A DNA stretch of 11,628 nucleotides, taken from Thainema sp. (GTDB lineage Bacteria > Cyanobacteriota > Cyanobacteriia > Phormidesmidales > Phormidesmidaceae). The stretch's first letter is position 1. Every line of letters starts with the position of its first letter. The position numbers and the translations under genes are program-made. The DNA lies in contig JBQLZK010000095.1 of assembly GCA_052168235.1 (NCBI GenBank), positions 7,697-19,324 of the forward strand, in the 5' to 3' direction. Below, in pieces: positions 6,434 through 11,628 of this stretch. The notes under the pieces are model-generated. The model had not been told where the DNA came from and did no database searches. It was given only the letters and a program-made list of their open reading frames with translations.

Positions 6434-9400
6434 TTAAGGAGAACTGTGAGTTGCGCAGCCTGTGGATGTGCGATCGCAGATCTGGCAGCGGAAGCTAGTG
6501 ATTTTCCAGGGGTGAATGGTAGTTGTTTGGTTTGAGAGGGTGGATGATGGATAATTGTTGGGTTCTTCTAGGAGATTAACGGCTTCAACTTGTGTTAAAT
6601 TCAATCTGTTTTTTGGTTCAATTTCAGTTAGCTGACCACCAGATTCGTAGCCGCGAATAATGATGTATTTGGGATTTGATTCAGCGGGTTTAACTGCGGA
6701 TAAAATCCAGGAATTGTTATCATTATTCGGCGTAGAAGTTGAGAGGAAACTGTTAAGGGTTGGTAGGTTTGTTGTTGGCTCAGTCGGTGACTGCATGGCC
6801 GTGGTTGACGATAGATTGGGATACCAAACGAGCAATGGGCGGTTTAGCTCGTAGCCCCGCTGAACGGTTTGAGCTGTTTGCCAAGTCTTGGCATGGGGAT
6901 AGAGGGCATAGGTGAACTGGTGTTCGCCTAAATCGGCTTGCGGGTCGGGCCATTCTGAACCGCGCAGCAGCGTCAGGCGCAGACAGTTGGGCTGGCTATC
7001 GTAGCCGTATTTACAGTCGTTTAATAGGCTAACGCCGTAGTTGGGTTGATGGTTTGGGGTGTTGCTGGGCGGGGTGTCAGGAGTTGGGATGTTAGAAGTC
7101 GATGTACTCAGATCGGCCCAGCGGAGGGCGGGGACTTCCCATTTGGCTTTTTCGGCGGGCGTAGTGGGCTGAGTAGGCCGAGTGATTGCACCGTAGGGAA
7201 TTTCGTAGGTGGCGGAGTCAGATGCGATCGCAAGTGGAAATGCGACCTTAACCAGGACGTGCCGCTCCTGCCAGTTAACTTTAGTGGCAATTTTGAGGAT
7301 AGGTGAATCGGCTTCGAGGATGTAGTCCTGCTGGAAGTCGGACTGACCGATGCGGCGCACGACGCGGATGCACTGGCGCAGGTCGCCCTGTTCCAGCCAG
7401 TTGATACTGATTAACTGACTCGGCGGCAGGGGATGGGATTGATAATCGGGGTCGATATTCCAAGCGTCCCAATATTGGCCTTGATCTTGGAAAGCTTGAA
7501 GCTGGTTGCCGTTACCGCCGAGCACAGGGCGCTGGTTGACCTGATCGAAAACTTGGGCGATGTCTCCAGTGGTTGGGTCGAGGGTGACGCGGAGGAATGG
7601 GTTTTGGAGGTGGTATTGAGTGGGTGGGTGGATGGGTAGATGGGTAAATGGGTGGATGGGTTGCGATCGCACGAGCCAGATGACTCGATAGCCGATGGAG
7701 GGAACATCTGGAATTTGGATGAGGAGGGTTTGGGAAGTATGGGAGGGTTGGGTGGTTAAGGGCTGATGGTTTTGGTCGAGTACCTGCCAGTGATCGAGGG
7801 GGGCCTCAGGGGGGGGAGTGAGTTCGATAATGTGCGATCGCACCCAGTTGCAGGAGTTGAATACCACAACAGGCACGGCATCCGGCGCAGGTGGTTGGCT
7901 GAAATCAATCTGCACGGCGATGGTGGCCAAACTGCAATCGCGGATCTCTAACGCAGTCGTCTGAGCCTCTTTCCACATTTGATTGGCATCGACAAAGACT
8001 TCGGGAATGGCGGAACCGGGCAAAATGTCGTGAAACTGGTTAAACAGCACGTTTTTCCAGGCCTGCTCTAGTTCCGGCGCTGGATAGGGCGTATCCGTCA
8101 GCAGATACGCAACTGTGGCGTAGAGTTCTGCTTCGTAGAGCCAATCTTCACAGCGGCGATTCAACCACTTCAGATCAGCGTGGGAGGTGTAGCAGCCACG
8201 ATGGAATTCCAGATAGAGTTCGTCGTTCCACACGGGTAACGGAGGCTCGGCAGTGCGGACGGACTGTTCAAGCTGTTGTAGATAGGCGAGCGCTGAGGTG
8301 GACTGTAGCTCCGGAAACACAGGAGACGCTTGCCAGCGCTGGGTAATTTCTAGCATGTCGCGGGTGGGGCCACCACCGTGATCACCGATTCCCGGTAGCC
8401 AAAAAGCGGATGGCTGCTGAGTTTGCGCTTCCCATCGGCAAGCGTACTGAGCGAGTTTGACTGGCTCAATCGACTCCCCAATCGGCGGCGACATGAAACT
8501 AAAAATCTGGCTACCGTCGGGCGCTTGCCACTGAAAGATTTCGTGGGGAAACTGGGTTGAATCGTTCCAGCGCAGCTTTTGGGTTACAAAGTAGTTAATG
8601 CCGCCCTGCTTCAGAATTTGCGGTAGCTGCCAGCAAAAGCCAAAACTGTCCGGCAACCATGCGATCGCACTTTTAACGCCGAATTTTTCCTGTGTATATT
8701 GCTGCCCGTAAAGCACCTGACGCACAATCGATTCGCCGCTGACGGTATTGAACTCCGGCTCCACCCACAGTCCAGCGATGATTTCCCATTTCCCGGCCTG
8801 CACCTGCTGCTGAATCTGGCTGAACAGCTCCGGACGATTTTGCTCCAGCCAGTCATACAGGGCAGGGCTAGAGTGACCAAAAATCAGGTCAGGAAAGTCT
8901 TTTTGGAGGGATAGGGCGGAGGTAAACGTGCGCTCAGCGGCATCCCAGGTGTCGCTAAGCGGCCACAGCCAAGCCATGTCTAAATGGGCGTGCCCCAAAT
9001 AGTTAATCTGTCGCTGTTTCAGCCAGTCCTGCCAGCGGGTGAGCTGTTGTCGAATGTGGGCAAGGCTGTCATGAAATGCAATGCGATCGGGCAGTACATT
9101 CCAGGCAATTTGCCGAACAATTTGAGTCAGATCTGAAAGCTGATCCGGCTGAAAATGGGTTAGATATTCCCGCACCACTGCCAGTTCATCGGCCACGAAC
9201 CCCGGTTCTGGCGTCGGTAAATCGAGCGTGTTGGGCACCTCATAGATTAAGTGCGATCGCACCAGTGCCCCGTCATCATGGCCGGGACTCACCAGCCGAA
9301 TCGCCAGCGTAAACGCTTGACCCGGCTTAACCGCTGCACTGAGCTGAATGCGCGTGAAGTAATCAAACAGATCGCCGGCTTGAACGAGTTGCCCATTGAC

Positions 9401-9769
9401 GTAAATCTCTGACACTTCTGCCCACCAGGCCACCGAAAACCGCAGGGTCAAGCCAGCGACCGGATAGCGCTGCACCTGCTCCGGCACCACAACCTGCTGC
9501 ACCAGCCAAACCACCTGCTGGCCTTTGCTCCAGGCAATATGCTGCCGATCATTCAGGGGCGCAATCGGCTCGTTCTGCCAGGGCAGACGCTCTAATTTGG
9601 CAATGGAAACATCCTGAAAAATCCAGTGCCAAGCTGACTGAATATCCTGTTGGGAAAGGGTGCGTAGATGTGCGATCGCAGGTTCAAGTTCAGCCTGGTA
9701 CGGCTCAATGGCTTGGGAATCGAGTACAGCATCAGCGGTCGGGCGCGAGGTAGCATCGGAGGTCGTCAT
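6434..9769 (-). CDS. Alpha-mannosidase, glycoside hydrolase family 38 (Ams1/MAN2C1-like)
   Basis: 1111 aa. GH38 motifs: [12 protein letters not shown] (Zn-binding HxD), [21 protein letters not shown] (nucleophile D), [32 protein letters not shown] (Zn-binding H) and C-terminal [17 protein letters not shown]. It has an N-terminal beta-rich domain and no evident signal peptide. Confidence 0.95.
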   Translation of the reverse strand: MTTSDATSRPTADAVLDSQAIEPYQAELEPAIAHLRTLSQQDIQSAWHWIFQDVSIAKLERLPWQNEPIAPLNDRQHIAWSKGQQVVWLVQQVVVPEQVQRYPVAGLTLRFSVAWWAEVSEIYVNGQLVQAGDLFDYFTRIQLSAAVKPGQAFTLAIRLVSPGHDDGALVRSHLIYEVPNTLDLPTPEPGFVADELAVVREYLTHFQPDQLSDLTQIVRQIAWNVLPDRIAFHDSLAHIRQQLTRWQDWLKQRQINYLGHAHLDMAWLWPLSDTWDAAERTFTSALSLQKDFPDLIFGHSSPALYDWLEQNRPELFSQIQQQVQAGKWEIIAGLWVEPEFNTVSGESIVRQVLYGQQYTQEKFGVKSAIAWLPDSFGFCWQLPQILKQGGINYFVTQKLRWNDSTQFPHEIFQWQAPDGSQIFSFMSPPIGESIEPVKLAQYACRWEAQTQQPSAFWLPGIGDHGGGPTRDMLEITQRWQASPVFPELQSTSALAYLQQLEQSVRTAEPPLPVWNDELYLEFHRGCYTSHADLKWLNRRCEDWLYEAELYATVAYLLTDTPYPAPELEQAWKNVLFNQFHDILPGSAIPEVFVDANQMWKEAQTTALEIRDCSLATIAVQIDFSQPPAPDAVPVVVFNSCNWVRSHIIELTPPPEAPLDHWQVLDQNHQPLTTQPSHTSQTLLIQIPDVPSIGYRVIWLVRSQPIHPFTHLPIHPPTQYHLQNPFLRVTLDPTTGDIAQVFDQVNQRPVLGGNGNQLQAFQDQGQYWDAWNIDPDYQSHPLPPSQLISINWLEQGDLRQCIRVVRRIGQSDFQQDYILEADSPILKIATKVNWQERHVLVKVAFPLAIASDSATYEIPYGAITRPTQPTTPAEKAKWEVPALRWADLSTSTSNIPTPDTPPSNTPNHQPNYGVSLLNDCKYGYDSQPNCLRLTLLRGSEWPDPQADLGEHQFTYALYPHAKTWQTAQTVQRGYELNRPLLVWYPNLSSTTAMQSPTEPTTNLPTLNSFLSTSTPNNDNNSWILSAVKPAESNPKYIIIRGYESGGQLTEIEPKNRLNLTQVEAVNLLEEPNNYPSSTLSNQTTTIHPWKITSFRCQICDRTSTGCATHSSP
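7617..7661 (+). repeat. Intragenic 8-bp tandem repeat (TGGGTRRA)n, STRR-like
   Basis: TGAGTGGG TGGGTGGA TGGGTAGA TGGGTAAA TGGGTGGA TGGGT. It encodes [14 protein letters not shown] in the mannosidase and is followed after one base by HIP1 at 7663. Confidence 0.85.
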
Positions 9770-9898
9770 AGAGGAAACCGATCTTATACAATCAGGTCAG
9801 CGGCAGCATCATCATGCCGTTATCATTCCGCATCGGTCAACTGCTTCGTCCGTTGGCTCGATTTGCTTGATGCCCGATTCGTCACACCCCTTGCCATT
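9770..9898. promoter_or_regulatory. Divergent promoter region (129 bp) between the mannosidase-ruvC unit and the hypothetical gene
   Basis: Lies between head-to-head start codons. Candidate -10 hexamers are TACAAT (+, 9787-9792), TATCAT (+, 9821-9826) and TAAGAT (-, 9786-9781). The exact elements are unverified. Confidence 0.5.
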
Positions 9899-11524
9899 AT
9901 GAGTTCTGGCCCCTACCAAAGTCGCTTGCTTAACTTCCTGCTGCGCCAGTCCCGCCAGCTGGCTGACAAATCAAGCGAGACTGCCCGACGACTTAAGATT
10001 GCGACGGTTTGGGGCGCTCAGGCCATGCTCTATCCTATCTACGCGCTATTTCAAACAACGCGCATTGCCGGGAAGCAGCTCGGGCCAGTGGGGCGATTTA
10101 TGGCTCGTTTTCAGCTGGGATCAGCAAAAACGGCAGATACCAATCCTGATCACCCTTCAGCCAATTCAGAGCAGCCGAACGACGCTTGGCTGAATGACGA
10201 CACCGAAATTCCCACGCTACCTGCACCGGATGCGCCTGTATTCAACGTGCTACAGGCCATCAAAGCCTTGTCTCTACCGAAGGTGCAGCAGCGCTCGGTC
10301 AAGCTGACGGTGCAGGCCACCCAAACGCTGGACGGACAACCCGCTGCTGGCATTTTGGATATGCCGGATTCGGCGGAACTAGCCACCCAGCGGACGCAGA
10401 TTCGCGGCATCGCTAGCCAGCTTCTCAATCGGGCGCTGGTGCTGATTAGCGATCGCAACGAAATTATCGACGTTCTCTCCAACGCGCAACAGCAGCAGCT
10501 CCGTACCCGCATCATTTGGGAACTGGAGCAGTACGACCACCAAATCCAGCAGGTGCGTTTACTCGGCCAAACCCAGATTCGCGCCGAAGCGCTACCGGGC
10601 AACGGCATCCGGGGACTGCTGCCAGTGCGCCGCTTCCAGCAGCTTATGGCCTGGGTACAGCAAAGTCCGATGGCGGTTGGCCTCAACATTTTTCAAGAAT
10701 CGGCCCTGCTGCCCTCGCCAATTGCATCACCCCAGACGGCGTTACCGCGCACGGTGGCTCAGTCGCTGCGACTGCCCGTTCCCGACCAGCTTGACTACAC
10801 CATGGCCCGCCTAGAAGCGGCGGACATTTCCCCCATTGTCGATTCAACCACCTCCCTCTTCCAGCGCGGCAAGGCGTGGTTCCTCAAACACTTCAACCGC
10901 AGCTTGTCGTCCGAGCTAGCCGTTTCTCACGTTTCTGACGCAAATTCAAAGACCGCACCCGCCAATCCAGACCCCGCGCAAGACTGGGAACTCTATGCGC
11001 CCAAGCCGTCCATGCCGCCATCCTGGCTGGCTAAGCTAGCCCAACCGCGATCGCTGATCCGCCGCTCCCAACCCGCTGGATCTCCTGAGATGACGGAACC
11101 TAACTTAGACGAGTTATCGCAAAAAGTGCGATCGCACATTGCCAACAATCGCCGCCCCAGCTCTCCCTATTCCCAATCAGCAGCTATTTTTTCGTTCGGT
11201 GCCTCGCTCACTGCGCCCACTGAAACCCAAAGCCAGTCTACGAATCGAACAACTCAAAGAACTGAAGCAGCCGCTCTTACCAATCCCCAACCCACGCCGA
11301 TGCAGTCTTCATCTACGGCAACGACGACACCGTCAGCCGGGCTCAGCCACCCAGAGCAAACCTCTGTACCCGATGTCACCTGGCTAGAGGCAAAAGTCTC
11401 CTTTGTCGGCTATGTCAAGCATCCCCTCGAGCGCATTCTCGAATGGCTGGATCGAATTATGCTCTGGCTCGAAGATCGATTAATTAATTTGGGCAAATGG
11501 CTCAGGCAACTTTGGCCAGTTTAA
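9899..11524 (+). CDS. Hypothetical protein, about 541 aa, resembling a conserved cyanobacterial family of unknown function
   Basis: Long ORF. The ATG at 9899 (MSSGPYQSRLLNFL...) avoids overlap with the mannosidase gene, unlike the track start at 9668. Ordered-looking blocks (YQSRLLNF, LYPIYALFQ, IRGIASQLLNRALVLI...IIDVL, AWVQQSPMAVGLNIFQES, WLEAKVSFVGYVKHPLERILEWLD) are separated by S/T/P/Q-rich linkers. Family membership is from recollection, not a search. Confidence 0.85.
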   Translation: MSSGPYQSRLLNFLLRQSRQLADKSSETARRLKIATVWGAQAMLYPIYALFQTTRIAGKQLGPVGRFMARFQLGSAKTADTNPDHPSANSEQPNDAWLNDDTEIPTLPAPDAPVFNVLQAIKALSLPKVQQRSVKLTVQATQTLDGQPAAGILDMPDSAELATQRTQIRGIASQLLNRALVLISDRNEIIDVLSNAQQQQLRTRIIWELEQYDHQIQQVRLLGQTQIRAEALPGNGIRGLLPVRRFQQLMAWVQQSPMAVGLNIFQESALLPSPIASPQTALPRTVAQSLRLPVPDQLDYTMARLEAADISPIVDSTTSLFQRGKAWFLKHFNRSLSSELAVSHVSDANSKTAPANPDPAQDWELYAPKPSMPPSWLAKLAQPRSLIRRSQPAGSPEMTEPNLDELSQKVRSHIANNRRPSSPYSQSAAIFSFGASLTAPTETQSQSTNRTTQRTEAAALTNPQPTPMQSSSTATTTPSAGLSHPEQTSVPDVTWLEAKVSFVGYVKHPLERILEWLDRIMLWLEDRLINLGKWLRQLWPV

Positions 11525-11628
11525 TCTACTAAATAGCTAGTGAACTGAGTTGGTTATGAACAGATAGGGCTGAATACAGCGATCACAAATAGGTAATGAA
11601 CGGGGGAGAATAGAATAAAGAGTACCCC

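Larger units (their letters stand above)
5815..11135. repeat. HIP1 palindromes (GCGATCGC), 11 dispersed copies
   Basis: Exact octamers start at 5815, 6470, 7224, 7663, 7834, 8661, 9253, 9672, 10449, 11047 and 11128. HIP1 is a hallmark of most non-picocyanobacterial cyanobacterial genomes. Confidence 0.9.

Noticed and set aside
6660..9312. Short ORFs overlapping the mannosidase gene, including 7411-7707 and 7433-7639 across the octamer array
   Set aside because: They are alternate-frame readings with no recognisable features. The main GH38 frame is intact.
3..9769. Adhesin and mannosidase as a single glycan-processing system
   Set aside because: They are convergent and separated by ruvC and a terminator, and the mannosidase lacks a signal peptide. 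Adjacency alone is not evidence.
9668..9898. 77-aa N-terminal extension of the hypothetical protein
   Set aside because: It overlaps the mannosidase start head-to-head and covers the promoter region. The ATG at 9899 is more plausible.
11525..11628. Purine-rich tail with two ATGAAC starts
   Set aside because: Both give only 3-5-codon ORFs. No hairpin terminator or RNA gene is recognisable, and the region is cut by the window edge.

Overview
Cyanobacterial chromosomal DNA, judged from 11 HIP1 (GCGATCGC) sites and a cyanobacterial-type RuvC. The window holds four genes. (1) The 3' ~5.8 kb of a giant, very acidic surface protein that begins upstream of the window: 13 complete plus 1 partial cadherin-like repeats, an internal PPC-like domain, a PKD domain and a C-terminal five-repeat FG-GAP/VCBS-like module. 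It ends at a strong hairpin terminator that probably works in both directions. (2, 3) Converging on that terminator from the minus strand, a probable operon of a GH38 alpha-mannosidase followed by ruvC. (4) A divergently transcribed ~541-aa hypothetical protein. I found no RNA genes, CRISPR arrays, transposases or defence genes, and no clear new multi-gene system. The most interesting observations are an extra Dx[DN]xDG Ca-binding-type loop in every cadherin repeat, an 8-bp G-rich tandem array inside the mannosidase gene abutting a HIP1 site, a possible small insertion in an intergenic HIP1 site, an extended TGCGATCGCA form of HIP1, and the absence of HIP1 from the adhesin gene. All counts were made by eye.
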